DNA of 57,061 bases, the filler included, from Bipalium vagum (taxonomy: Eukaryota): assembly GCA_037834085.1 (NCBI GenBank). It is 3 parts of 3 records of this genome, joined end to end, with 100 filler letters (N's around TTAATTAATTAA, not from the genome) between each part and the next. Parts side by side here need not be neighbours in the genome. Positions count along the whole stretch, not along the records: positions 1 to 16,846 come from JBBMKC010090526.1; positions 16,947 to 36,540 come from JBBMKC010271597.1; 1 more part is not named here. One strand, given 5' to 3'. The notes beneath the pieces were generated by a model. That model did not search any database. It saw only the letters and a program-made list of their open reading frames with translations, and was not told the DNA's origin. The stretch's first letter is position 1, and the number at the start of each line of letters is the position of its first letter. The position numbers and the translations under genes were made by a program. Of the stretch, positions 14,090-36,108 are shown in pieces.

Positions 14090-14620
14090 GGAGTCTCCAC
14101 AATACTTTTCATATTCCACTATACAGAGAAAAGAAATTTTTCGGATAAAGACCCGACCTAGGCGTTGAAATCGGCTGCTGACCAACACATAACCACTGTT
14201 TTTCACAATCAACATTAGAATAAAGAATCCATTTCTCATCACGTCAGAATTCTTTCTAGAAATGTGTGTAAATCAGAAAAAGATCAAGAACTTACAAATT
14301 ATCATTCGATTTCACTTAAAGATTGTAGAAACCTTTATCGCACTTAAAATTGTTATTATTATACCTTAACAAGGTAACCTTCGCTCGTCTAACAGTAACT
14401 CCTTGCTTAATAATATTGTGCTCGTAATTCTATTAAACTCAGATTGAATCAAAACTCCCTCGATAAAACCTTATCTGCTTGTAACTGATTCAAAACACGC
14501 ACAATAAAAATTTATTATAAATTTAACAGCAGCCTAATGCTATAACAAAATTCGCCCCAATACTCGTAATCCCCCAAAAATATGTCCAATAATCACTCAA
14601 AACAAAATGGATTCAACGTT
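14090..14620 (-). mobile_element. highly decayed mariner 5' half
   Basis: Minus strand shows DEKWILY.N...KKQW remnant; ORF 14018-14242 is the familiar shifted frame MMRNGFFI. Confidence 0.55.
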
Positions 14621-14735
14621 AAATAATCAAAATCGAGTCAATAGTTAAAGTAATAAATGAACACAAAAAATGAATGATAATAATAATCTAATCAAATAGC
14701 TTTAAATAAAAGAAAGAGAATAATAATCTCAAAAA

Positions 14736-14827
14736 GAAAGATTTTGAGAGTTAACAAAATAAGACGGTCTCACCATGACCATGAAAGATTTTGAGAGTTA
14801 ACAAAATAAGACGGTCTCACTATGACC
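14736..14827. repeat. 47-bp tandem duplication
   Basis: GAAAGATTTTGAGAGTTAACAAAATAAGACGGTCTCAC(C/T)ATGACC twice, one mismatch. Confidence 0.9.
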
Positions 14828-14870
14828 GGCAAGAGGTCCCCAAGTTGTCCTCTATGTCCTTCATACATCA

Positions 14871-16747
14871 CCTAGGGATTCCCAAACTCGATGAGTCCCC
14901 TTTTTTAAATCCTCTTGCGAGAGCATATCCACAAAAAAATGAGTACAGGAGTCCTTGAATTGTCGTCGGGTCCTCCAGAAAATTGCATCAAATCGTATGA
15001 GATCGTCTGTCAAAGTGTTCTTCTGCAATTGTCCTTCTGAAATTTGTTTTTAAATTTTTTTTTAATTCGTTTCTCTGAAAACGCCGCTCTGAAATTCGTT
15101 CTGGAATTCGTTTATGGGCAAATTTCTGGGAATAACCCTCTCTATGTCCACACCGGAATGAAGATTCCGGACGGCTATTACGACGAGACAGGATTGAAAC
15201 AAAATTTCATCGCTGTGACAATAAAGCTAAACTATTAATCAAAATGGAATCTTCATTAATATCCCATTTTTAATACTCCAGTGATGGATTTAAATTAATT
15301 AAAATGAAATCTCATTGATATATTTTCCTCAACACTCCGACGATGGAGCTAAATTAAAATGATTTTTCGTTTTTTAAAAAAATATTTCTATTATTATTAA
15401 AATTATTATTATTAATTGTCATCACTATTTATTATCACTATTATTATCCCCAGAACACAACAAAAGTTTTTCCCATTTCAGTAAGATATTGATAAAGTTA
15501 TATTGGAAGTATTCGCGAGTTTGGCAAATTCAAACGAGCTTCAACTGGGAACTTTTGCATAAGTCCTTTTAATTCATTCTTTTTGTTTAAAGGTCAACTC
15601 GATTTCCTGAAGATTGTAATCATTATTGCGAAACTTTCTGAACAATTTCTCACGTGTACTTAGTCATGGATAATCGACCACATGCATAGTCTGCCATAGG
15701 ATAGGCTTGTGTTAAGTCTACATTTAGAATTAAATGTCATGCATGTTCAAATCATTTTTTCTGTAAAGGCCATTTACAAAAAGTTATTACATTTACATAA
15801 AAAAGTAGATGATATGAATAATATAACATTATATATAATTTTAAATACTTGGTATATCAATAAATCAAATGGATGTAATAAAAACATCATTAGTCAATGA
15901 AAAACCGTAAATACTTATGGAACGACCTGACAGTATAGATTTAGAATCTAAAACTCAATAAATACTGATACATCAGTCCATACGTTACTTCTAAGATGAA
16001 ATGATTTCCTCCGATGCTTAGTTACTGGTACAACTTGATCAGTTTGAGAATATTTAATTAAAAAATATTTAGTAGATATTCATTTTTTCCGCGAAAATTA
16101 ATACTTAAAAATCTTAATCAAAACAAATAAATTAATTTAGATTTTTTTTATTTTTATTAAATAATTTTAAAACTACTTTACTTTTATTAAATTTCGCTCT
16201 AAATAAAGTACACATTTATTAAATTACTATAGAAATAAATATAAAATAAAACATTATTTTTATATATTAAATAATTTTTTATACAAGCAAATTTTAAATT
16301 TTATAGTATTATATTCTATATATATAAATATATGTGTGTGTTGCGTTTGCCAAAGGCACGGACCCTAAAGATCATGAATAATAATATTAATTAAACGTTT
16401 ACTTTAAGAATTTATCAATATATTATTTCATCGTCTAGATAATGATAAATATAATAATATATTAATATTGCTAAAAAAAGACTATATAAAGAGACGGCTA
16501 TCTCCAAGAATTCTCCTAAAAACTAAGATTATTTATTATTGTGAGAAAATTATTTGTTTTCGTTGAAGAAGATTTCGAGAGAGCAAAAAGAGAAGATTTT
16601 TATTCGAGCAGCAGAAAAAGACCACACAGAATTTATTATTCTTGTTCGACAAATACGAAGATTTCATTTTGCAGTTTAAATATTTTATGGTAAAAAATAT
16701 GCAACATAATTTCACAATGGGGCCCATCGAGCTTGGGAATCCCTAGG
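14871..16747. mobile_element. possible non-autonomous hAT-like element defined by about 29-bp inverted repeats
   Basis: CCTAGGGATTCCCAAACTCGATGAGTCCCC (14871-14900) vs reverse complement of 16719-16747 (CCTAGGGATTCCCAAGCTCGATGGGCCCC); no clear 8-bp TSD. Confidence 0.4.
15460..15930 (-). mobile_element. mariner 5' fragment with TIR
   Basis: Mariner-type TIR TCAGGTCGTTCCATAAGTATTTACGGTTTT at about 15901-15930; degenerate HTH and linker region on the minus strand. Confidence 0.6.
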
Positions 16748-16846
16748 GACCGAAAATGACCTACAGTGTCGTCCAAAATATTAGCAATTTTTTAAAAAAT
16801 ATGTTAAAAATAAGGCACAAGTTGAATTATTTATTAAAACATTTTT

Positions 16847-16946
16847 NNNNNNNNNNNNNNNNNNNNNNNNNNNNNNNNNNNNNNNNNNNNTTAATTAATT
16901 AANNNNNNNNNNNNNNNNNNNNNNNNNNNNNNNNNNNNNNNNNNNN
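16847..16946. other. assembly gap with TTAATTAATTAA linker
   Basis: 100-bp N block with central synthetic linker. Confidence 0.98.
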
Positions 16947-18246
16947 GGAGTTTGTTTTGGTTCATTCTATAGATTACACGTATTGCCAAGTGAAGGGTCA
17001 GTTAACGTATCGAGCTAAGGTTAAGTTTTCGTTCATAGTATTCAATAGCGTAACAAAATAAATCATATATACATACCCTAACATTATAAAATCGTTAGAT
17101 TTATCAGCCATGGCATTATTATTTAGTACTATTTCATTTAAATTTAATTTGAGTTACTTTATATACATTTAACAGTAACTTTGTATTACTTTAGTTTTTC
17201 TGAATTTAGTTTTTGAATTATCTTACTGCAAATTTGTACTTTCTCTTTTTTTAGTTTTCTCTTAATATTTCATAACCAAGACCCTAAGCATTCTACATAT
17301 GGATTCTGCTGGTAGAGTTAGCAACTTCAAAACTAGCTATTGAGTTCAGAACCGTGAACTCACCTTTAAAACTGATGGTGGTCTTGGTATAATGTGTTCT
17401 GTGCTAAGCAACCTTCAGGATACATCCGTTTGAAGTCGTTATTTACATCTTAAGTTATTCATCAGAAAGTTTCTAATGAAGATAAACGCAGGTTCAGTGT
17501 GGAGACGAGCAATTATCGTTCCACAGTTGTCGATTAAATTAATCTTCCCACATTTTTCATCATCTCCTAACTCACCAAATGACCATCTTATATAAATGTT
17601 CGTTTATCACTAAAACTGTGATGGGAAATTCTACATAAAAAACAAATCTCTTAGACATCCTATTTTATATCGACCATCCAATCTAAAGGTCAGATGTACG
17701 AATTTGTTCCCATAATCAGGAGTTACTGACTTAATCCTTCTATTCATTGGTCATCAAGGTCGTCTCTTTATTAATATTAATTAGAAAATTTTACAAAAAA
17801 ACTATAAATATATTGAAGTCCAAGTCAACCAAGATTATATGTACTTCCTGAGCCTTCCATAAAATTAATTATTTTTAATCAAATTTATTATTTAGAAATT
17901 TTGAGTAATTGTAATAAAGAAAAATAAAAAATGATACTGAGTTTATAAACATTGTAGTCATGATAACCAATATAAAAATTCAAAATATAACATATTTTCA
18001 TCGAAGTTTAACTTTTTATTATAATCTTAATATATCTTGTAAGAAAATAATGTAATTCATTATTACATAAAACACAATTTTGATAGTTTTATTAATTGAA
18101 ATTTATTTTCGTCTTTTTAATATAATTATAAATGTTTTGTTTAAATATATATTTATCAATAATGTCTATTTAATATATTTCTATTTAGAGACTGATATTA
18201 TATTATACTAATAATCAAATATAAACATTATTTTACATTAAGAGAA

Positions 18247-26489
<8,243 letters not shown>

Positions 26490-27299
26490 AATAGAAGATG
26501 GGGTGGCGAAAGAACAAAAAATTTGAGAGAGAGAGATCGAGCGAGAGTTGTTATTTTCCACTGTATTTTTGTGTTATTTAAATGAAGTAAATTTTAAATC
26601 GACTTCCATTCTGATTTATTCCTCGTTCCGAAATTGTTTGAGTTTTGTCTTCATAAAAAAATAATCGTTCTACTTTTCATTATATATATATATATGTTTG
26701 TTAAAATATTTTTGAGATAAAGAGATATGTTCATGTTGTCAGGGAAATATAAAAGAAAATATCTGATTATTACTGTTTATTTATTTGGTTAAATCTTAAC
26801 CAAATTAAATTATTAATATAACAATTTCTCAATTTGTTTGAATAATTAAAACTGTTGTCATGGAGATTCGTTAGATAATTCGAAATTACTTTGGTTTTAA
26901 AATTTGCTGATGGTGTTTTAATGAATAGGCTTACAATTTAAATAATCCAAGTGTGATTTATGACTCAATATTAGCAATTTTTGTGAAAAATTATCGACCA
27001 GATTTTTTCGTAATTTGGCTCTAGACAAATTTGTGTTTTTGCCATAATTCTTGTCTATGGTATGTTTGAAATTAATAGCATTGCGTAGAGTTGACCAGTA
27101 TAAATTTAGGAGAACCGATGATAGATACTTGTATGAATGTTTAAAAAGCAAATTTAGTGAAGTTACTATAAATCAATTTAAAATAATTATCCGAACACAG
27201 AAATATGTTTATGTCCATCAGAATTGTTCAATTTGAAATTGTAGTTGGTTTGTGACAAAATAATTCTAAATAGCTTTAGTTTTCCTTACTGGGAATTTT

Positions 27300-28750
27300 A
27301 ACTGTAGATTCCCGAGATCCGCAAAAATTTCAGATATTGAATCTGAGTACTTAAAGTTTTAATTTATATTTTACTAAGCCAAACTAATACCGTGAAATCT
27401 TGTTCTTATTATATTAATGCCTACCTAAAATATCTGACTGCATATTTTCTATTGGATAAGTGAGAGCTTTAAAATTAGAAAATGATTCCAATAAATATTA
27501 TTTATTATATCTGGAGTTTGTTTCTTTGAGGCTTCAGGACGATTAGCTGGCGAATGTCTTTCAAAATTGTTAAGTTTAATTTATTGATTTGATTTTAAAA
27601 TTGAGCTTGGAACACTTCGTACTCCTATCAGTTTCTCTAACACCAGTTCGTCCAATATAAATATTCGAAAAGATGTGAATGAAGCATTTCTTATTTTTAA
27701 AAATGATAAACAATCTGAAATAAAATATTTTAATGAAGAACTTGAGGAATGTCTTTGGCGAACATATGTGGTTTTCACAGATTTCTAAATGTCATCATTT
27801 TCGCTACATATCTTACATTAATCAATCTCTAATCTACTTTTTGACCGAAAATCTCTAACCCTACGGTAATTCCATGTTTGGAGTAGTTATGAGAATTAGC
27901 TTGAAAAATGAGACGTCTGCCATAAAATTGATTAATGTCTTGTGACACTTAAAGCATGAAAGTAGAATGAGAGTATTTCATTAGATAAGACTGGAGTGAT
28001 TTTGAAAGTAAATATATATGTTAGGGCAAATTCTGTTTACATCAATTTTTGGGTGACTATTTTTTCCATGTTATGCTGAAATGTGAAACTCAGTTCATCA
28101 GGTTAATAATGAAAAATTACTCCAGACCTTTCAATTAAGTAAAAAAATGAAAACTTTTGTTCTTCAAATAGATTTCGGTGAATATTGATACCTTTTCTTG
28201 CAATATCATGTACCTACTCAATAAAATTGAAAAATGTAGAGGCTTGGTAGGCTACTTGTTATATGGGTATTCTTTGATTTGAAATGTGATATGGAACTGA
28301 TTTCGTACTCAAAACCTCTTTATTCTTCCAAATTTTGTTCACTCGTGCAGATTTCCCGGGGATTGATTTAGTTTCAATGATATTAAACAGTAATGTAATT
28401 CAGTTTGCGTTTGATAAAATTGTATCAATTTTCATTATGTAAGAACCAGTAAAAGATTGACATACATTGGGCAATTTATCTTTTCCCGGATTATGTAACA
28501 AAATGATTTCTTGATTAATTGACTACCGAAATTGATAATCTCGTTTATCTCATTTATATCACTGAACAGCTTCGGTCGAAATTTACGACTGTCTGTGGAC
28601 AGATGACACTAATTTGAATTTTTATTCCATATTTCTCTCATCTTGATATAATTTTTTTTTGGAATTTGTTAAAATTCACTCTTTATTAAATTACACAACA
28701 TTGGTCATTTATGCCATACGCTTTAGTTGCATAACATTTTGACCTTTTGG
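27300..28750 (-). mobile_element. very decayed Gypsy-like pol remnant
   Basis: Fragmentary, ordered RT-like traces (RKLN, PYH, P...ASTF) in stop-riddled sequence; boundaries approximate. Confidence 0.3.
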
Positions 28751-29030
28751 ATTGCTTAGTTCTTTCTCTGGTTTTGAGAGTACTTTAAAAATGTTGTTTA
28801 TAGTGGTGACATGAAAATGTCAAACTAGCCACAAAAAATCAAAACATAATCAAGGTACACCAATCTGAAAGCGGTAATTTACAAAGTATAAAATGCTTAA
28901 TGAGATTCTATTTTACGCACACCTGCTCAACGGCCAATGAAAATTAAATGGAGAATGGAGATTTATCATTGGACCATCCATAAGTACTTATCAAAGAAGC
29001 ACGAGCAAATTGGTATTACTCTTAATTAAA

Positions 29031-29781
29031 ATGGACACGAGCTGTAAAAAGGATGACAATTTGAGAAAAGTATGACTTAGATCTAATTATTATTACTAGT
29101 TATATTTTTTAATTTAGACAAATAAGCAAGAAATGGAGAGACGCCGTAGAGCCAGAATGAATACGAGTATTGAAAAACTGAAAACTATAATGCAGAAAAA
29201 TGGATTTATTAGTGTACATTGAGATTACTATATCTAAACGAGTCTTTACATATTTTTTTAGGAAGCAGACTGTTTGAAAATAGAAAAGGCTGAGATCCTG
29301 GATAAAGTTGTGGAATTTTGTAATCAGAAATGCTCTGTGAACATTAATGAAAATTGTAATATTTTAAAGTGTTTTTGTCATTATTATATTTTGTGTAATA
29401 GCAAATCAAATGAAAAACTTTCCAACAAATAAAAGATGCATTTTGAGCAATTTTCCCAGCCGTCACATTGATAATCAGAAAATAATGGAAAACTCAGCTC
29501 AGTTCGATGGTGATAGTTGGAATATAATCAATCCCACAGTACAGTCCAATCACATTTCAAGATTCTCGGTAATATCAGCCAATCACAGCATTATCAACCA
29601 AACAAAGAATCGCGCGCCCTTTGCACCATTGAGCACGAGCGAAATCAATATCGAAAACTCAATTTGCAACACAAAATCAGAATATAGATTTTTCAAATCT
29701 TCATTTGTAACGCAGTACGATAAGTATTGTTACAAAACGAACAGGAAGATCAATTCACAAATTTGGAAGCCGTACGAATGA
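29031..29781 (+). CDS. divergent Hes/hairy/E(spl)-family bHLH repressor, 4 exons, about 202 aa
   Basis: Exons 29031-29069, 29118-29213, 29262-29355, 29402-29781 (46-48 nt GT-AG introns, phases 0,0,1 as in Hes genes). bHLH RK|TNKQEMERRRRARMNTSIEKLK...|..KIEKAEILDKVVEF; C-terminus IWKPYE resembles the WRPW/WRPY Groucho motif; TATAAAA at 28887 and AATAAA at 29941. Confidence 0.85.
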
Positions 29782-30039
29782 TTTTGAGATTTATTTAATA
29801 TATGAGTACTTTCCTGTTCGCTATTTTATAATTATTTTCTCCAAAGTTAATAATAATAATAATGATTATTCCTTTGTTGGTTTGCTATTTTGTCGTCATT
29901 TTCTCACAGGTTTCAGTTCTTGTACACCTGACCAGTGATGAATAAAAATACATTGTGTAACGTGATGTTATGAATAGCAAAATCTGAAATTTTGTAATTC
30001 GAAGTTTGTGAATGGAAAATGAATGGAATTTTTGATAAA

Positions 30040-32800
30040 TTGGGGGCCCGATATCAGCGTCTAGATAACATCGTTTACTGATAGTGTAAATAAGTCAACT
30101 CGCTTTGCGTCACAGGAAATTGTAAGCTTCTCAATTTATGTATCTGACCACCAAGAATTAGCCGACTTACAAGACATCTTAATATCATAAATTAATTCGA
30201 CAGTCCATAGATGACCTTCACTGTTGTACTTTTACTAAAATCATCTGTGACCAATACTTTCCTAGGCAGTCTTTGTTGATATTTGTCAAATAGGTTTGCG
30301 GTATTGGATTGCACATTAATTTCTGAAATCATACTTAAGTATAATGAGAATGGTGAGATGGTTTATTTCTATTTTAACAAGCTCAATGGCCTTATAAATA
30401 TGAGAATTTTGTTATTACATTTTCCAATGAAAACTGTAACATTGTTCCATCTATTATTGGTATCGGAATAAACCCCTATATCTGAGAATATAACAAGTGA
30501 TCTTAAGCTTTCTACTTTTATAAGAAGCCATAAGTTTATTTGGATATTTAACAAACACTTGTGCTGTGGCAAAGATATTAAAATGTTATTTTTTAGGATG
30601 ACAAGTGACATGAAATATTGATTTAGAAGAAAAAATTATTCTTTGAAAAATGTCAATATTCGGCCTGAAATATTACTGAGAAAAATATTAAAATTGACTG
30701 AAGAAAACAAAAACGATCTGAACGAAAGATCGAAACGTATTATAAGACAGTATTATTAAGACAGTTATATAAAAAAGTTAGCGTTTGAAAAATTATTTTT
30801 AATTAATAAAAGAACACACTGACAATCCATTGATTTTTAATTTCCTCTAATGAATATTAATATCTGGTTGCCGTTCTTTAATTAATAATGACTCACATAT
30901 CTTTCGATAATGATTCGCAATAACAATTCTGTATTCTCTAGCGTAGATAAAAGGATGAAATTAAAGATTTTAGAAAATCTTAAATATTGAATGGAATGTT
31001 TTACATTATGATAACGGTTATCAGACAAAGTTTCAGTCCACCATGGAACGATTCGGGATTAGATTCTACGAGATCCGTTTCGTGGTCGTAAACACTATGA
31101 AAATATTTCTGTTTCCATGCCCCGATTAAACTATTTCAATTCAAACAATGGTAAAAAAACAAAGGGTTTAAAATACAAAAAGATCTGCTTATTTTGGTCA
31201 TCTGACAAATGCAATGAGCACTCAAAGTTAATTTTCTGCTTACATTTTGTACATCGTCATTACACAATGCAGTTCCAGTTCAGTGATTTTTCGCATGCTT
31301 TGTTGACATTAATATCGAAACAATTAGAATGATATTTGAACGTGTTCAAACGTCTTCAGTGACATTATTTCTCCAAAACCGTGTCCATTTGAAGTCCATG
31401 TCTTACAGCCATGGCCTCATTTTTATTGTTTCTCCACAACATCTGAATTTTAGTAAAATTGTAACATTCCCGCCTGACTTCATACATATCATTATCAACT
31501 TGAAGGTCAACATCAATTCCTTTGAAGATCATTTAAGTAAAGCATTGCTTTCGTTAAATAATGATCACAATGTTCCTCGATGTTATCTCACCAATTCTTC
31601 AATTATCTCCACGTAACGCAAATCTCGCAACGTGATTCTATTGACAATTGAGATACGTTTATGAAAGGAATCACAGGAATCAATATTGGATATTATGGAA
31701 CGTCAGAAATTGGTTTAGAATCAGGTTGTCATGTTTATTTATGAAAAATTGAAGGTTTCAAAGTAATCAATACACAAATCCAGGTTTTCATCGACATATT
31801 TCGAAAGAAATCGTCCTGCGAGATCTTCCATTTAAAAAGCCCGATAAAATGCTCAGAAAATACAATTGAATACTTTGACATTAGGACTCTTCAGATTTCA
31901 GCTCAGTTTGAGAACTTTTTTTAATCTTACAATCAATGATTTTTTTGTTTAAATTACGTTATTTGTTCCAAGGGTGGGCTATTCCTAACAGTCTTTCATA
32001 CACAACTGAGGTCAAATGACTCCATTAACCCGCGATAGATTGGTTTGGTTTAAAAGGTCTGATAAATATTAAAATTTTGCTGGGGCTGGAAAGCACTCAG
32101 ATCATTATGCTGTGAACAGCTCATTACGTTCTTTCTGAAACGTTCAAAGAAAATGATATCTATCATTAGAGGAAATATTCAACCTCGTATCATCTATGAA
32201 GTTTGTGTATTATCCATCATCGTTAGCCTCTAACTAGGCCAAACCTCATATTGACTGTTGCCCACTAAAAACCTTCACTGTAACTCAATACATATAACTT
32301 TCAACAGTTCCCCGTAAGAGGATCTCTGGGAAAATTGAAAAGTAAAGAAAAGAGTGAAAAATGACACTCACGCGTACAGTTGAATACAAAGGATAAAGTT
32401 CGCGTTTTCCTTTGGGATTTTAAATCAGGTTACAAATGACGGCGCATAGCATAACAATAGGATTTTCTGTTCTGTTTTGTGTATGAAAAAAAACCTCCTT
32501 CTTTGTTGCAGTACGAAGGGCTTAATGACATTAAACAAAATGAAAGTCCCTTCACAATTAGTTCAAAGAGTGGAACATATGTTATTAGAACAGCTCCAAA
32601 TTATTATCGAAGGTCGACTTATTACACAATGAGCAATGTTGACGTGAGATGTCAAATTAATCAAGACACGCCAGCTCGACCTCTCTTTGTGAATTGGGAA
32701 TTAGTAGTACCATTAGTTTTTATTATGAAAACAACTTAGACCATTAAGCAGCAGAACGTGGAACTGACTGATTAACCTTTGTTGAAAGGGGGAGTTAAAG
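30040..32800 (+). mobile_element. decayed Gypsy/Ty3 LTR retrotransposon internal region
   Basis: Ordered remnants: PBS-like TGGGGGCCCG at 30041, MP.L.N and YI.I RT traces, ORF 31329-31616 resembling the RT C-terminal region, RNase H and integrase traces, PPT-like AAAGGGGGAG near 32785; no intact LTR pair seen. Confidence 0.45.
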
Positions 32801-33645
32801 ATTAACAAATATATCAGTTGACTGAGCCTCATTACAGTTGAGCATACCTGGATATCAGTTTCGTAATGAAATTGAAGAATTAAAGTGGATGACAGCTACA
32901 GATATGAAGTGCCCGTAATCGAGTCTTACGGTGAGTATACTTTTTGCTCTCGAGCAAATAACGTTTGTTATGAATGGCCAAGGTTCACTCATCCATGCGG
33001 TGACGGAAACGAAAGTGAGAGGGAATGCTCTGGCTGACGGTTGTTGTTAGCTTAACGGCAAATGAAATCTTTGAACGACTTTTATGATTATATTGTCAAG
33101 TAGGTTACATAATTCATCTCTTAAGCATATAGAAACACATCTCCTTACATACGCGTCTCAGATTTCCTTTGGAGATTTGCAGCACATTTCAATTGAATAT
33201 CGAAATTTATAAATTGAAGGCTCAGATTATCCTTCAAATCAATATCATTGAGTTTTAGTGCCGCCCGTAATTGAAGGTAAGTATAATAATACCGAAAAGT
33301 GTCTTCTCACGAGACGAAAAGAAGTTGAGTAATTTCCTGCAGGCTTATGGCCACATATGTGCCTCATGACATGGCTACAAATCTCGTTATGAAACAGAAT
33401 TCTCTATCATTGAATTGATATTTAATAGTTTTATTACGTCACCGATGCGTGTAACGTCCAGGCCATGATGTCACAACCTGAGAATTCAGAGACCGACTAT
33501 GTAGGAGCGGACTCACTATTTTGAATCCTCGGTTATGTCATCCAAAGGGTATTATAACGACGGATTTTGTTTTATTTAATAATGTCTATTTTATCAAATT
33601 TTAAAGTTCTTTTGTCAATCATACATCAAATAACCTAGTCTAACT

Positions 33646-33660
33646 ATAATAATAATAGTA

Positions 33661-33719
<59 letters not shown>
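33646..33719. repeat. (AAT)n microsatellite
   Basis: AAT run with two AGT interruptions. Confidence 0.95.
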
Positions 33720-36108
33720 CCTGAACCACTTCGCTGAAATGGTTTGAACTTCCTCAAAGTTTATCGATATTGATAGATTGAAACCAGTATTTCTAATAAA
33801 TTCCATGATCCAACAGATCTGGTCGGGATCTTTACTCAAAACTGCTATTTTTGACTTTGATGATAGAAGAAGTGGGTCGATGGAGAAATCGTTCTGGGAT
33901 CTTGCAAACTTCAGATTCAATATCGACCTCTTCCTTCCATTTGCATTTAACTCATTGCGGCAGAAATCAAAAAAACAGTGTTTTCGTATAATCTTTGTCC
34001 ACCAACCCTGAATTTTTAAGAAAAAATCACGAATCGTTGTCGTCCTACATTACTTCAGACATTCCAACATTGCCAGAGGATCTCGAAACTTACCTTCATC
34101 ATGCTCGAGTAGGTTTAATGTTGTCCAAGTCACTTGTTGAAACTTATTCGATCGAGAGTTACTATGATGATGATCTTATTAACACCCAGAACATTCACTG
34201 TTCCCCCTAAAGTGAGTTTGATCGCAGTTTATAATAAAATCAATTTTCGTTTATCTCTTCCTAGAATAAAACGTTTCTCAAGGATTCAGACTAGGATTCA
34301 TGAACTTTGATTTCCCGAACTAATTCCAATTTTATCGAAAATGTCCGCTAAAAAACAATAAGAAATAAAACAAAATTTAGCGAGGTCTTTTCCCCAGCTG
34401 TTATGGAGATCTATATTCAGAAAAACTGCCTTCATGTAGGCTTCCAAAAATGTTCTATCATAATAAACACTTGTTTAACCTTCGGAAACTTGTCGCAGAA
34501 ATAAAACTGTTTAAGGTTCGTTGAAGTCGTAGTTGATGTTTAACGTGTGACATGATTAATTGTTCTTCCTATCTGCCTTGTTGCTACCTGGTCCTTATTT
34601 CAGTGGTGGTTCTTTCATCGTCTATTTGTTTTGTGACAGTCGTCGATGTAGTTCTGGTTCTTTTGTTGGTTTTGGAGTAAATTTTAAACGAAAACGATCC
34701 GATGCGTATACCTGTTATGGTGCCCTCGGACCATTTAAACGAATTATGAAAATTGGTGTCTGATTTAGTTAATTTTTAATTTTTCTCAATTTTGGTCCCA
34801 ATTTTTAAAATAATTTTTTGATCTTTTAATAATTTTTCAAAATCAATTTTCAGACATTTTTTCAAAATTTTAAATTTCCATTTCCAAAGTTTTCAATTAA
34901 TTATAATTAGGTGAAGACTCACTACCATGGTTAAACCAACTCCAACAAAAGTACCAGTATAAAAGTGAACATCGAAAGAGAAGAGCACCAGTTAGACACG
35001 GGATCAAATGAAGAAAAAAGAAAATCAAAAGAGAATTTTTGTGATACACAAATAAATAATTTTCAATCCCATCTGCATAAGCCCTTCTAAATTTTTTGTA
35101 GCAACCCTTTATTTTTAATGTGAATTTTGAAGTAACTTTATTTGATTATGAACCTGCTTTTCAATTTATGGAACATACTTATCATGCTAATTACCATGGT
35201 AATTCTAAAGTTCGTGGACAAAATTATATATTTACAACAATAACAGTACTCTTCAAAAAAGTCCACCAGCTTCAATGATTTTATACCACCGATCTGCTGG
35301 AATTCTTATCTGATCAAAGTACAAATTTTATGTTTTGATTCGTAAAACTTTTTACAAATCATCTCAATTTCAGCTCCAGATTCTGAGTACTAAATATCGA
35401 ATCATCCTAGTAATAATATAAAATAGAATTAACTTACCATAAGTAACCAATAAATTTTAAGACATCGTAAAAATATAAACAGTTAATATATAAAAATATT
35501 AATAATTCCTACAGAAAAAAATATTATTAAAACATAAATTTTGAACAAATTATATTTGGTTGCATTTGTTACCGAAATATTTAATGTCCAATAGTTCTTC
35601 CTATAAAATAAGGGAGAAAAATAGAACAAAAAAATCTTACACGTGTTAAGTTTTTGAGTGGATGTAGGTAATTTATCCTAATCTCACTCCTAAGGTAGTG
35701 TACTAATCACAAAAAGACAAAATGATTTTCACATTTTTTTATTTTTATTACACTTTTTACAGAGTTTTAAAACTATAACTCAAATGCGTTGAGAACAAAA
35801 TGACACTTTAATTAATTGAAGAAGAGATCAATTTGCACTAGAAAATATGTAGACGCCCTGAATTAAAATATCGAATCTGATTGCTAGTTTATCAGACCGT
35901 ACTTATCGGAAACAAACACAAAAAGAAGAAAATGGATTCGATTTATAAAGACAAAAGGAAAATAATATTCACATTCTGTGTAATTAATTTAATTAATTAG
36001 AGTAAATATGATAATTCACTTACACTTGGCTTTTATTTCATTGATGAGTTTTATAAAGTCTAATAAATTTATTTTTTCAAAATGTTCAATTTAGTTGTAA
36101 TAAGCTAA

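Noticed and set aside
16847-16946. TTAATTAATTAA palindrome within N runs (also 36541-36640)
   Set aside because: Identical in both gaps and gives stops in all frames; a synthetic scaffold linker.
33615-33920. ORF with a poly-isoleucine run
   Set aside because: Artefact of the (AAT)n microsatellite.
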